Part shown: positions 37,233-47,474 of the stretch, one piece after another
Layout of the letters: each line of letters opens with the position of its first letter
Numbering within the stretch: position 1 is the first letter of the stretch
IMG/VR virus record: IMGVR_UViG_3300042465_009257
Coordinates: 64,001 to 128,000 of that record
DNA from: a virus
Length of the DNA: 64,000 nt
Direction: 5' to 3' (one strand)
The notes under the pieces: generated by a model
What the model was told of the DNA's origin: nothing
Seen by the model: only the letters and a program-made list of their open reading frames with translations
The model's database searches: none
Translations under genes and position numbers: made by a program

Positions 37233-37258
37233 ATACAGTTTCAAGGATAAAAAGGAAA
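37233..37258 (-). promoter_or_regulatory. variant class II promoter TTTCC-N16-TGTAT
   Basis: Intergenic; one nt shorter spacer and one mismatch. Confidence 0.45.
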
Positions 37259-37266
37259 TTAAATAA

Positions 37267-39156
37267 TCAATTATATTGGATGATAATTGCATTATAAACT
37301 ATTGCATTCCCATTATAAAGCAAGCCAGAGAAGTTCATGAACTCGCTTGCTATATATTTTGCATCAGCGCTCCAGCTAAAATTAAAGGAATAGAAGTCTC
37401 CATTTTTATCTTCTTCAATTTGACTATTGAGAAGAACCCTGTTTGACCCAGGGAAATATTTGAGCATAAGGAGATTAACTCTTGATTTAATTTCTCCTAT
37501 AGCAGATTCTTTAGAATAGCATTTTACCCTTTTTGCTGTTCCATTCATCGCAAACTGTTTGCGATTTTTAAATCCAAGATCTTGCACGCTATAATAACCC
37601 ATGCCATTTAAAATTGGCTCAGGCGCATACTTTTGAATTGATGGCGTAAAGTCCATCGTATATTTAAAAGCTTCAATTGCTGAACACTCAACTTCGACTT
37701 CAGCGCAATACTGAACCGAGAAAGAAATTTCTCCAGAAAAAGGATTATATGTAAGTGATTTGGAATTTGCGTTGGCATTTAAAGTTTCCCCATTTCCATA
37801 AATCGCCCATTTCTGTAAAACCCGCGCATCCCAATTTATGTTTTCAAAGAAAGTTTTAACTAGATCATAGCGAGTCCCTGGACATCCAGAGTCTGATTTC
37901 ACTTTTCCTGTATATTGGAAACAGGTTGGACCGCCTGATTTGCTAATAGAAACAGTTGAAGTATCTATGATATATGGAGAACTTTCCGCTTGGGAATTCC
38001 ATCCCATGTCAAAAGAAACTGTACCAAGATCTGGATTTTCAGTTATAGATAAGTTAACAATCGATGCCAAGATTAAAGTTCCGCCATTTGCGGTATATTC
38101 GCTTTGAGCAATTGCTTGGAAATCAATAGAGTCAAACGTTGTTTTGGCATTGACAATTTCATTTGCCGCCGCGTCAACCCGAGCAACTTGAATTTCGCCG
38201 GAAATATTAACGGTAGTCGTTCCTTCTGATTCGGAAACAGAAGTCGTATAAGTGATGATTCCGTATCCCGCGCCCGTGTATTCAGGATTATACAGCCAAG
38301 TTTCAACCATCCTAAATTCGCCAGTGAGACGATTGCAGAAGCTTTTTCTTGAAATCAGTGGATATTTGCGATTTTTAGAATCGACTAATAAAGGAGTTGT
38401 GTCATTATCTAATAAAAGGAATGTTTCTACTCCTCCGTCCATAAATAAGAAAACATCGTCTGCCCCATCTGATTGAGAAAATACGAAATCTCTTGCTTTT
38501 TCAAATGCTTGATTTCCAACCCCACGAGCCGAAACAGTATGGGTGATTGTAACTGTAGAATCTGCTGTCTCGTCAGTAGTCCACTGGTTTACTGGATCAA
38601 GAATATTTGAATCATTATAAGAGGCAATACAGTCGATGACAATCTCATATCGGTAAAATCCAGAGAAATTAGATTCTGGGAAAGAGATTGAAATAATCTT
38701 TGCGGCAGAATGATAAAAGATCTGATTAGAGTCTTCTAGAATTTCAAAAGTCTTAAACTGCTGAGAGAAATAATATTTGAGTAAATCAAAATCATTTTTA
38801 TAATCTAAGAAGGATGCGTTACAAGAAGACCCTTTTACCTCAAAAGGAGAATAAGTTGAACTTCCATCAGGTCGAAAAATTGAGGAGACCCCATCTGAAC
38901 GTATGTAAATAGAACCGCTTTCAGGAGATAGCTCTGTTCCAAAAAAAGAATCTCCATCTGAGTCGGCAATCAAGCTTCCGTCTGAATCAATAATAGAAAA
39001 AAATGCAGCATTCGGGCGAGGGCGAGTTCCAGAAAGAGTCAGCCGAGTGACTCCAGAAATATATCCATTAACCTCCTGCCGATTAAATTCGCGTGAAACG
39101 AAAGGAGTCCGAGTTCCGAATGGATTAACTCCATTATATTTAATTTCAATAGCCAT
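37267..39156 (-). CDS. putative tail tip protein
   Basis: 629 aa, repeated beta-rich units; after tape measure. Confidence 0.5.
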   Translation of the reverse strand: MAIEIKYNGVNPFGTRTPFVSREFNRQEVNGYISGVTRLTLSGTRPRPNAAFFSIIDSDGSLIADSDGDSFFGTELSPESGSIYIRSDGVSSIFRPDGSSTYSPFEVKGSSCNASFLDYKNDFDLLKYYFSQQFKTFEILEDSNQIFYHSAAKIISISFPESNFSGFYRYEIVIDCIASYNDSNILDPVNQWTTDETADSTVTITHTVSARGVGNQAFEKARDFVFSQSDGADDVFLFMDGGVETFLLLDNDTTPLLVDSKNRKYPLISRKSFCNRLTGEFRMVETWLYNPEYTGAGYGIITYTTSVSESEGTTTVNISGEIQVARVDAAANEIVNAKTTFDSIDFQAIAQSEYTANGGTLILASIVNLSITENPDLGTVSFDMGWNSQAESSPYIIDTSTVSISKSGGPTCFQYTGKVKSDSGCPGTRYDLVKTFFENINWDARVLQKWAIYGNGETLNANANSKSLTYNPFSGEISFSVQYCAEVEVECSAIEAFKYTMDFTPSIQKYAPEPILNGMGYYSVQDLGFKNRKQFAMNGTAKRVKCYSKESAIGEIKSRVNLLMLKYFPGSNRVLLNSQIEEDKNGDFYSFNFSWSADAKYIASEFMNFSGLLYNGNAIVYNAIIIQYN

Positions 39157-40799
39157 TATACTTTGTAGTCATTAAGTTGGCGATACTTCGAGTAAGTATA
39201 GTCGCGATTGAAAGAAAAAGAATAAGAGAAAGGATCAAAAGAAAATTTTTCATCTGAAATGAATGAAACGCCGCTGGGTACTCTAATTTCCTGAATGGCG
39301 CGGGCATAATAAGCAGGAATTATCACGCCTGGAGTTCCGATAATCTCTACCCGATTTGATAAAACTCCAAGAGTTGATTGATTTGATCCTTGAACCAATT
39401 CTTCACTATTAATAATAGTAAAATTATTTGCCAAATGAACTGGCTTGGTATCAGAATAAGTAGATTTTACTCTTCTAATAGTCCCAGATCCAATAAAAGA
39501 GGGATCGTCTGTAAAATTATAAGTATAATCAATCGATGGCGGGCGCTCAGTATATGATTTATCATTATTGGTTTCCACTAAAATTCCAGTATACCCAGTA
39601 GAGCAAACAGCGTTTTTAAAGAAACTGGATGAAGATGAGTATATTGAATTAACTCGACTCACAATTCCTGACTCAACACCAGACATTGCTAAAATTAAAA
39701 CCCCAATTTCCCCAGTAGTATATTTTTTACTTCTTAGGCCACCATTTTCAGATACTTCCGCCCATCCATCTTGGCTTTGTGAGATTTGATTTTCGTAGGA
39801 CCAGTAGTAGCCCGATTGATTTGATGGGTCATTAGAATAAGAATATCCATAAGAGACGCTTCCCTCAAAATAATTCTTAGAAACACTTTTTTCAATTGGA
39901 TCGTTTAGAAACTCACAAGTAGAATCATAAACGCCAGACCAACGGGAGTATACTCCTGAAATTCGATTAAAAATTCCAGTTTCAACTATAGCCCATCCCA
40001 AAAGAGCAGAATTAATTTTACTATCTTCAGCTATATTCCTACGAGTGGATATAATTTTCCCATTTTCCGCAACAGTAGAAACCCCATTTTCCGAATAAGT
40101 CAGATTATGACTATAGTCCCAATTATAAGGAAGTCCAGATTGATAAGAGTATGATTCGCCGTAGGAATAAGTCCCATTAATTTCGTCAAGAGATGATGAA
40201 CTTTGTTTGATTCCTTGACCACTGAAATATTGACCTGGTTGAATCGGATGGTAAATTCCAAAATCTGTTAGCGTCCCTAGAATCGTCGCTTGAATCCCAC
40301 TCGCTCCAGACAGAGTATTAGTGAAACCGCGCTCAAAATTAATATCCAGATTACGGCTAAAATCAACTGTTCGATTATGGTCTTGAGAGTAGTCAAAGGT
40401 TTCAGTAAAAGAGTTTAAATAAGGGAAAAAAGAAGTATTACCAGCATATCCAGAAAATAATTGACCCGTTAGAAAAGCTAAATCGCCAGTTTTAAGAATT
40501 TGAAAGCCGACATTATAAAGTTTATTAGAGATGTCCTGCCCGCCTTCAGAAGAAAAAGAGGTGATTTTTCCTGAGCCAAGATTAACTCCGTTTGCGTAAA
40601 TTTGAAAATAATCCCCTGTAATATAAGGAGTCAGTCCTGAAATTCCAGACCAAAGTGGCGCGGCGAGACCTAAGTAAGTTTTAAATCTGGCGCGGGCTGT
40701 ATAATCCTCGACATTACGGTAATTGATGGTATCTCCCCAGAAATCACATCTTTGGGAGAAACCAAGAACTTCGGCGCAATCTAGGAAAAAGTCAGGCAT
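39156..40799 (-). CDS. putative distal tail protein
   Basis: 547 aa immediately after tape measure; repeated V.ENG/YSY units. Confidence 0.5.
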   Translation of the reverse strand: MPDFFLDCAEVLGFSQRCDFWGDTINYRNVEDYTARARFKTYLGLAAPLWSGISGLTPYITGDYFQIYANGVNLGSGKITSFSSEGGQDISNKLYNVGFQILKTGDLAFLTGQLFSGYAGNTSFFPYLNSFTETFDYSQDHNRTVDFSRNLDINFERGFTNTLSGASGIQATILGTLTDFGIYHPIQPGQYFSGQGIKQSSSSLDEINGTYSYGESYSYQSGLPYNWDYSHNLTYSENGVSTVAENGKIISTRRNIAEDSKINSALLGWAIVETGIFNRISGVYSRWSGVYDSTCEFLNDPIEKSVSKNYFEGSVSYGYSYSNDPSNQSGYYWSYENQISQSQDGWAEVSENGGLRSKKYTTGEIGVLILAMSGVESGIVSRVNSIYSSSSSFFKNAVCSTGYTGILVETNNDKSYTERPPSIDYTYNFTDDPSFIGSGTIRRVKSTYSDTKPVHLANNFTIINSEELVQGSNQSTLGVLSNRVEIIGTPGVIIPAYYARAIQEIRVPSGVSFISDEKFSFDPFSYSFSFNRDYTYSKYRQLNDYKV

Positions 40800-40800
40800 A

Positions 40801-43800
40801 TTAGACCGTTGCGGTAGATGGTGCTAGAACTGGGGTTACACCTTTTGATTCTTCTTCATATTGTATGTATAAACGTTTAAAAGTAGAAGCAAGTTCTTCT
40901 GTAGCTTTTGGAGTATTAAAAGGTCCAGTGACGGCAACATTTACATTAGCATTAGTATTGATATTTTGGACTGTTCCTTTTGCAAAGAGTTCGGCGGCAG
41001 TCTGAATAGCAGCGGCGCTGACTTCAAAAGACCTCGCAGAATCTTCGGTTTTCTTTTGAGAATCTTCCAAAGCTTTCTTCTCTGCTTCTTTTGTTTTTTG
41101 ATCAGATTTGATTTTACTTTCTTGTTGGTCTAAAGGCGATAAATTTAGATTAGTATCTAGAGACGGAAGTTTTTGCAGTACCCCTCTAGACAATTGTTCA
41201 AAACGCCCCTGAGGAAGTTTTTCTTTTAAAAATGCTTCTTTATCTTGTAAATTTCCAGGCATACTATAAGCCTGTCGAAGTAAACCTGCCTCCTGATCAT
41301 TAATTTTATTATTAACTAAATTAGCTTGTCTTTCTCCAGCTTGAGGCCCAGCCATATCAGTATAGTTACTATATCTAGCTGTATCAGGAGCTTTTAGAGC
41401 ATTTCCAATTACATTTTCTATAGTAGATCTATCACCTTGCATTTTAAGACGATCATCAGCAATCTTTTTTAAATCGGCATTTGATTTTTCTAAAGATTTT
41501 GTTAATTCTGAAATCTTCGAGTCTCTTTCAAATCCTTTTGTTTGATCTGATAAAGAAACCTCTTTCGGAGTAATATTAACTAAATCCTTAATTTCTTTAT
41601 CTGCCTCAGCGCTAATTCTAGTGTACTCTGCAATATTTTTAAGATTTATAGCGTTTTCAGTTTCTAAATTAGCGAGAGGACCCGCTTTTAGATTTCTCTC
41701 ACTTTCAGCTACAATCTGATCTTGAAGTTTAGCCTTATCTTCGTCTTTCACACCGATCAAATTAGAAACCATTTTACTGGCTTCCATAAAATCACCTTTT
41801 AGAACAGAAGCTTGTATTTTCTTTCCAGTCGATGCATTTATATCTTTTGATGATTTATTTTGGTATTTAAATTGATCACCACTCAACAAATTAGTAATTT
41901 CATCTCCAATGATAGAACTCCCCTGCCGCTGATTAACCTGTTCAGCTTTTGTTTTAGTAGCAAGAATTCTAATAGGATCAGAGAAAGCCCCTTCTCTCCC
42001 AAGTGTTTTTTGATCCTCATCAGCCTTACGAATAGCATCTGCTTCAGCCTCCGTTAAAGTAGCTTTTTTATCTGGAGTTTCTTTCCTTTTTCTTTCATTA
42101 AAAGCTCGTTCAGCGGCCTTACCAGCACTCAAGGAAGAAATAGCTTCAGACTGATCTGCATTTAAATCTCCAAAAGTATTTCTAAGGGCATCATCTTTAG
42201 CTTTTTTTAGCTGAGCATCTGTCAAAGCCTTTAAAGAAAGTTTAGCTAAATCTGCTTTAGTTCTAGATTTGTCTAATTCATCAGTAAAGCCCTCCATAGA
42301 CTTTGTCACAGATTTTATTGTAAGCTCATCAATACCAAGAGACTTCAAATCACCTCCAATATTATTAATATTATAATCTTGTGAAGTGAATTTTTCCAAA
42401 AACTTAGAGACTTTCGCTTGATCTTCTGAGCTTTTAGCAGACTTATTAAGATCTTGTGAGATCCCCATTTTTACTGCAAGCTTAGCAGCTTTCTGTTCTT
42501 CTGAGGCCGAAATAGAAATTTCTGCTAAGCCTTTAGCATAAGACTCTTGGACTTGTTGCATTTCGTTTCCGGCTCCATCAAAAACACCAGCAGCAGAAAG
42601 ACGAGACTTAAGACCAGCAGTTTTACGTTCATCATCTTTAGCAGTTTTTTCAAATGATCTTGAAATAGCTTTTTCAAAATTAGCCGTTAATTGACGAGTA
42701 GAAATAGCAAGCTTAGCTTGGGCATCACTGAATTTTTTAGTTGCATCTTTTGCCGCTAAAGCTTCAAAAACAAGTAAAGCCAATGCTTCTGAACCGCCTT
42801 CAAAATTAGTAGTTAAAATTTCAAAATTAGGAACAAGGCTTGAAATTACATCTTTAATACCAGAAGATTCACCAGTTTGAATAAAGTTAGACTGAAGAAC
42901 AGGGATAGCCTTAGTAATTTTTGAAAGATCAATAGAACCAACTACAGAATCTACAAGAGGTTTTGCATCAGCCTTATTAAGAGTTTTTTGATAACCGAAA
43001 AGAGACAAAGCTTTTTCAAAACCATTATATGATTTTTCAGCTAAATCATTTGCATTTACCATTGATAAAAGTGCAGACTGAGCGCGTTCAGAAGATTCCG
43101 TTAACTTTTCATAAGCGGACGCAAGTTTTTCTGGATCAGTAATACTTAATAGTGAAGTAAAATCGCCTGTTAATGAGCCACCAGCAGTTGCTAAATTCTT
43201 ACGTGATCTTTCGATCAAATTTTGATCACCATCTTCTAAAGCTTTATTAAATTCAAATTGTGCTTGTAAATATGCTTCGCCAGCCTTACCTTCTTTTTGC
43301 TTTTGTAAAATCTCATCTGTTAATTTTACATTTAAATCTTTAAAATTACCGAAAAGCTCTTCAGTGACAGTCGAAAGAAGTTTAAATCCTCCCACCGCCG
43401 CTGCAATTGGTGCCGCAATCCCGCCAATAGCCAAACCAACAGCCGCGATTCCAAGTCCTTGTCCTGCTGATTCGGCAATCCTTCCCCCTTTTCCTCCGAT
43501 AGCTTGCCCAACGGCAGAGCCGATTAATGGAGCTAAGAAGGAAGCTCCAAAAGCTCCACCTCTTATTGTTTGAGAGCGGTCAGCTCTAGATTGAGCAATC
43601 CTATCTTTAACTACTTGTTTATTTTCGCTTACTCCCTGACTTCTGGCAAACTCTTTCTCTCTTTTCGCAATTCCGAAAAACCCACCTTGACGGGCAGTTT
43701 GACTATAAGCTCCCTCTCTTGATAATTTTTCTCTAGCATAAGCTGATGATCCAGCCTTATTTTGAGCCGCCCTAGTTGATACTTGAGCATTATAGTTTGA

Positions 43801-45441
43801 CATGTCCCTAAGGTAATTCCTAGGAAGGGACGATGTAGGTTGAGCCGTTAAAGATATTGATTGTCTATATTTTGGATCAGCCCTATCAGGCTTAATGATT
43901 GGAGAATTATTAGGTAAAAATCTACCACCACCTAAAGGATTTGGCCCATATGGGGCAGAAGGAGCCATAGTGGTAGCGCCAGTTCTACCAGATGCTCCTG
44001 CCCCATAAACTCTACCTGATAAAGCAGCTAATCTCTCCATCAAAGCCACTTGAGATGAAAGTTGTGAAGTAATTCCTTTTAATAAACCTTGGCTGGAGGC
44101 AAAACCATTATTCATGCCAATGACACTCTTAGTCGCATTAAATAAATCAGTGCCTATCTTTTTTATCAGCTTTAAAATCAACGCGCCCCCAAGAATCAAA
44201 ACAGGACCCCCTAATACTCCAGAAATCCCTGCCGCTAAAGCCTTGCCTACTGGATTCTCTTTTTCAAAAATAGATCCAAGAGTTGTGGCGGCATTACTTG
44301 CGAAGTCACTAAGACCTTTAATAGCATCCGTAAAAATTCCACCAATATTAGTCGTAGCTAATTTAGTAACAGCGTTTTGCAAACGTTGAATAGAAGTCTC
44401 TGTAGTATCATTTAGAGTCGCCAATCGCTCTGCAATAGAACCTCCAGCATTATTCGCTACATCAAGAGCTTTTTGGGAAACCCCTTGATTCTGAGCAAAA
44501 ATTGCGCCTTGGAGAACGTTCTTATTATATTTTCCAGCGACTTTAAAAGTAATATTAGCTTGTTGAGCATCAGTCAGATTCTCGTAAGCCTTGGCTAGAT
44601 TTTGTAAAATCTTTTCAGCATCAATAAAAGATCCATCTAAATTACGAGTCTCGACCCCAATCGCCCGAAGTTCTTCTTGAACCTTATCCGTACCAATGTT
44701 GGTAAAAATAGATTTAAAAGCATTACCAATAACCGCTTCAGAACGACCTGTCACCTGCTTAGTCGCCGCAATTAAAGCCGACATTTCTGTAAAACTGACC
44801 CCTACATCATTAGCAATCGAAGCTACTCGAGCTAGACCTTCCGCCAAGCCTGTCGTAGTAGTAGAGAAAGCCGCGTCTAATGCGCCCAAGGTATCAGCTA
44901 CTTCGCTGTAAGCTAGAGCCTCATTACCGAAAGCGGAGCTAATAGCTACCAAATCGCCAACAGTCTTTGTAAGATTGCCCCCGGACACGCGGGCGAGAGA
45001 CATTGCGGCCTCAGTTGCCTTGAGAGTTTTCTCAAGAGATAAACCTTGGCGGGAGAATTCTTCAGCGGCCATCGCTGCCTCAGTAAAGCCCAAGCCAGTT
45101 TTGTTTGCCAAATCAAAAAGAGAACTAGTAAAACTATTTAAGTCAGAACTAGTTGCTTGTAGAATACTTTGGATTTTGGAAATGGCAGTTTCTACCGAAA
45201 TGGCATCAGTAGCCAAGCGGCGCATTGCGGTCCCAACAGAGGCTAAGACTGTAGTAGCGGCGGTAAAACTAAGAACGCGATTAGTAGCCTGATCTAAAGA
45301 ACGATTAAAACCTTTTGAATCTAAATTTAACTGGTAACCATTTTTAGAAAAAAGGGTATTTCCTTGCCTGTGAAGATCCAGCAGAACCTTGCGGGCCTGA
45401 TCTCCGTTTAAATTAAGAATGAAATCGACGTTTTGTGCCAT
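40801..45441 (-). CDS. tail tape measure protein
   Basis: 1546 aa, helical and Ala-rich; TP901-like core (EFSRQG, LAEGLARVAS, GRSEAVIGNAFKSIF). Confidence 0.9.
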   Translation of the reverse strand: MAQNVDFILNLNGDQARKVLLDLHRQGNTLFSKNGYQLNLDSKGFNRSLDQATNRVLSFTAATTVLASVGTAMRRLATDAISVETAISKIQSILQATSSDLNSFTSSLFDLANKTGLGFTEAAMAAEEFSRQGLSLEKTLKATEAAMSLARVSGGNLTKTVGDLVAISSAFGNEALAYSEVADTLGALDAAFSTTTTGLAEGLARVASIANDVGVSFTEMSALIAATKQVTGRSEAVIGNAFKSIFTNIGTDKVQEELRAIGVETRNLDGSFIDAEKILQNLAKAYENLTDAQQANITFKVAGKYNKNVLQGAIFAQNQGVSQKALDVANNAGGSIAERLATLNDTTETSIQRLQNAVTKLATTNIGGIFTDAIKGLSDFASNAATTLGSIFEKENPVGKALAAGISGVLGGPVLILGGALILKLIKKIGTDLFNATKSVIGMNNGFASSQGLLKGITSQLSSQVALMERLAALSGRVYGAGASGRTGATTMAPSAPYGPNPLGGGRFLPNNSPIIKPDRADPKYRQSISLTAQPTSSLPRNYLRDMSNYNAQVSTRAAQNKAGSSAYAREKLSREGAYSQTARQGGFFGIAKREKEFARSQGVSENKQVVKDRIAQSRADRSQTIRGGAFGASFLAPLIGSAVGQAIGGKGGRIAESAGQGLGIAAVGLAIGGIAAPIAAAVGGFKLLSTVTEELFGNFKDLNVKLTDEILQKQKEGKAGEAYLQAQFEFNKALEDGDQNLIERSRKNLATAGGSLTGDFTSLLSITDPEKLASAYEKLTESSERAQSALLSMVNANDLAEKSYNGFEKALSLFGYQKTLNKADAKPLVDSVVGSIDLSKITKAIPVLQSNFIQTGESSGIKDVISSLVPNFEILTTNFEGGSEALALLVFEALAAKDATKKFSDAQAKLAISTRQLTANFEKAISRSFEKTAKDDERKTAGLKSRLSAAGVFDGAGNEMQQVQESYAKGLAEISISASEEQKAAKLAVKMGISQDLNKSAKSSEDQAKVSKFLEKFTSQDYNINNIGGDLKSLGIDELTIKSVTKSMEGFTDELDKSRTKADLAKLSLKALTDAQLKKAKDDALRNTFGDLNADQSEAISSLSAGKAAERAFNERKRKETPDKKATLTEAEADAIRKADEDQKTLGREGAFSDPIRILATKTKAEQVNQRQGSSIIGDEITNLLSGDQFKYQNKSSKDINASTGKKIQASVLKGDFMEASKMVSNLIGVKDEDKAKLQDQIVAESERNLKAGPLANLETENAINLKNIAEYTRISAEADKEIKDLVNITPKEVSLSDQTKGFERDSKISELTKSLEKSNADLKKIADDRLKMQGDRSTIENVIGNALKAPDTARYSNYTDMAGPQAGERQANLVNNKINDQEAGLLRQAYSMPGNLQDKEAFLKEKLPQGRFEQLSRGVLQKLPSLDTNLNLSPLDQQESKIKSDQKTKEAEKKALEDSQKKTEDSARSFEVSAAAIQTAAELFAKGTVQNINTNANVNVAVTGPFNTPKATEELASTFKRLYIQYEEESKGVTPVLAPSTATV

Positions 45442-45461
45442 GACCTTTTACCTATCACATA

Positions 45462-45488
45462 TTACAATCGACTACTCCAAAATGGAAA
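45462..45488 (-). promoter_or_regulatory. class II promoter TTTCC-N17-TGTAA
   Basis: 20 nt before the tape measure ATG. Confidence 0.75.
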
Positions 45489-45489
45489 T

Positions 45490-46362
45490 TTAATTGCGTT
45501 TTTTCTTACTCTGCGCCAAATCAGCCTCAACCTCCGATCCCGACAATTCTTTTTCCTCTGGCGGCGCGTTATTTTTAACGATAGCGTAGGTCTCCAGCAT
45601 TTTCGGCTCTTTATAGAAATCCTCTGGCGCTTCCCAAGCAATTTTAATAACCTCATTATATCTCTTAGCCAAACGAAGCAAATTCATTTGATATACTGTC
45701 AATTCCGGCGCGGGTTTTTTAAAGAAATCTCCTGGATTTGAAACGTAATTATCAAAAACAGAATAGAAAAAAGAAGAAACAACAAGAAGTTCTAGGTATT
45801 CCTCATTGAATTTTAATACTTTATTAGAGTAATCATTGCGCAAAATGGTCAATTCAACTTCGCCCAATAGATTAAATTCTTCTTCTTCAAAGAACGGCGA
45901 CCCATCAAGTTTGCGGCTGGCCAAGAAAATTTCAAAATCATACGAGCGACTATAGGCATAAGACTCGCAACAATCCTGGGTAGCAATATTCCGCTTCATA
46001 GCGTCAGAATCAATGTCGTCCTTCATCTCCCGCAAAGTCTCATGGAAGCTTCGAATATTCTGCACCATTCCCATTGCCGGAATTTTGGAACGCCGCGCCC
46101 AAATCATCTTATAATCATCTAATTTTCTTTTAAATGATTCTTCATTTTCTTGGCTCCAAAAAGTCGGATCATTAAATTTATTTAATATAGTATCCCGCAA
46201 CTCTACTCCGTGATCTTTGGCCCATTTTAGATGTTTCTCGCGGTCCTCATCTACTAAACACTGGTCAAAAATAGATTGATGAATATATACGATAGGCTGG
46301 CCCCTGAAAACAGAGGTAGTCTTACCTTCGCAAATCTCTTTATATCCGAAAACTTGGCTCAC
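45490..46362 (-). CDS. putative tail assembly chaperone
   Basis: Between tail tube and tape measure; FFKKPAPELTVYQ; GTGA overlap. Confidence 0.5.
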   Translation of the reverse strand: MSQVFGYKEICEGKTTSVFRGQPIVYIHQSIFDQCLVDEDREKHLKWAKDHGVELRDTILNKFNDPTFWSQENEESFKRKLDDYKMIWARRSKIPAMGMVQNIRSFHETLREMKDDIDSDAMKRNIATQDCCESYAYSRSYDFEIFLASRKLDGSPFFEEEEFNLLGEVELTILRNDYSNKVLKFNEEYLELLVVSSFFYSVFDNYVSNPGDFFKKPAPELTVYQMNLLRLAKRYNEVIKIAWEAPEDFYKEPKMLETYAIVKNNAPPEEKELSGSEVEADLAQSKKKRN

Positions 46363-47060
46363 TCGGTTCTAATGAGTTCGGCAAAATCTTCCATTTTATC
46401 TTCTGTAACCCCCTTGAAAAGGAAAGCGTCAAGAATTAGAAAGGCTCTTTCAAAGGCGGCAATTTCAGCACCGTGCGTTTCTACACCGTCGAAAGCCTCG
46501 TAGTAATGAGTGCGCCGCGTTTCGTCTGCATGGCCCGCAAAGACAGGTTGACCTGATTCCCAGTGAAGAAGATTCAAGACCGCCCAGAGGCACGTTTCGC
46601 GCTCAGAAATCGATTCTGCGGTATGTTCATAAACCTCCAAGAGTCGCGCTTCCATTTTCTGGACCTGTTCGTAAAGATCTTGGAATTCCAGTTCAACTTT
46701 AGAGGTATCGCCACCTTCAACCTTAATTTTCTGGTATTCGTTACGCTTAATATTCAATTCCGGCAGGATAACATCAAGTTCTTCCAAATCAGCCTTGGCA
46801 TAAGCAAAACCACCTTGATTTAGAATTGCAGTTCGCATTGATTCGCGGCTTTGAACACCCATAGCGACAGCTTTGCCGAATTCGGCGGATTGAATTACCC
46901 GCATTTGCTCAATTTCGCGGCGACCTGGGAGTTTGACAAAACATCCAACATCCTCAACTAATTTTACTTCTTTGGTAAGAATTCCATCTTCTGTTTTTTC
47001 TTCAACTTTTTTAGTAATCGTCTTCGGGACGGTAAACGTGTGTAATTTCTTAATAGTCAT
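46359..47060 (-). CDS. putative tail assembly chaperone (start revised to MTIKK)
   Basis: Position and helical, acidic composition. Confidence 0.5.
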   Translation of the reverse strand: MTIKKLHTFTVPKTITKKVEEKTEDGILTKEVKLVEDVGCFVKLPGRREIEQMRVIQSAEFGKAVAMGVQSRESMRTAILNQGGFAYAKADLEELDVILPELNIKRNEYQKIKVEGGDTSKVELEFQDLYEQVQKMEARLLEVYEHTAESISERETCLWAVLNLLHWESGQPVFAGHADETRRTHYYEAFDGVETHGAEIAAFERAFLILDAFLFKGVTEDKMEDFAELIRTE

Positions 47061-47125
47061 ATGCTTTTTAGAAAAGTATGGCAAAATTTAATAGCCAAGC
47101 TTAGTTTTAATTTTTAATAAATAGT

Positions 47126-47416
47126 TTATAATCCTCTCCGTAATTCTCCACCGTAATCCAGCAATTTTTTCCTGTAGACTTGGTACTGAGCCTCACCTAA
47201 AGATTCTGCGTGTTTTGCCAAATGGGTCAATTCCACATCAATCCCTGATTTTTCGAAAACAAATAATTCATATTCCGAAAGCGACTCTCCAAGCTTCTCT
47301 ACTTGGGTTTCCTGCTGCACACGGGCATCCTCAAGAATTCCAAGACAGTATTTGACCATCTCTGTGATTCTCCGCTCGGCACGAAACCGCAGAACTTCTT
47401 CTTTCACCTCATCCAT
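47126..47416 (-). CDS. hypothetical protein
   Basis: 96 aa, preceded by TTTCT-N17-TGTAA (47432-47458). Confidence 0.6.
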   Translation of the reverse strand: MDEVKEEVLRFRAERRITEMVKYCLGILEDARVQQETQVEKLGESLSEYELFVFEKSGIDVELTHLAKHAESLGEAQYQVYRKKLLDYGGELRRGL

Positions 47417-47474
47417 ATTCCTTAATCTATTTTACAAGAAAAAGGAAAAAAAGAGAAAGTTTATTTAAATAAAA

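Noticed and set aside
46340-46420. Programmed -1 frameshift between the two putative tail chaperones
   Set aside because: The -1 frame has a TAG three codons before its GTG start and there is no slippery heptamer in between; simple GTGA coupling is sufficient
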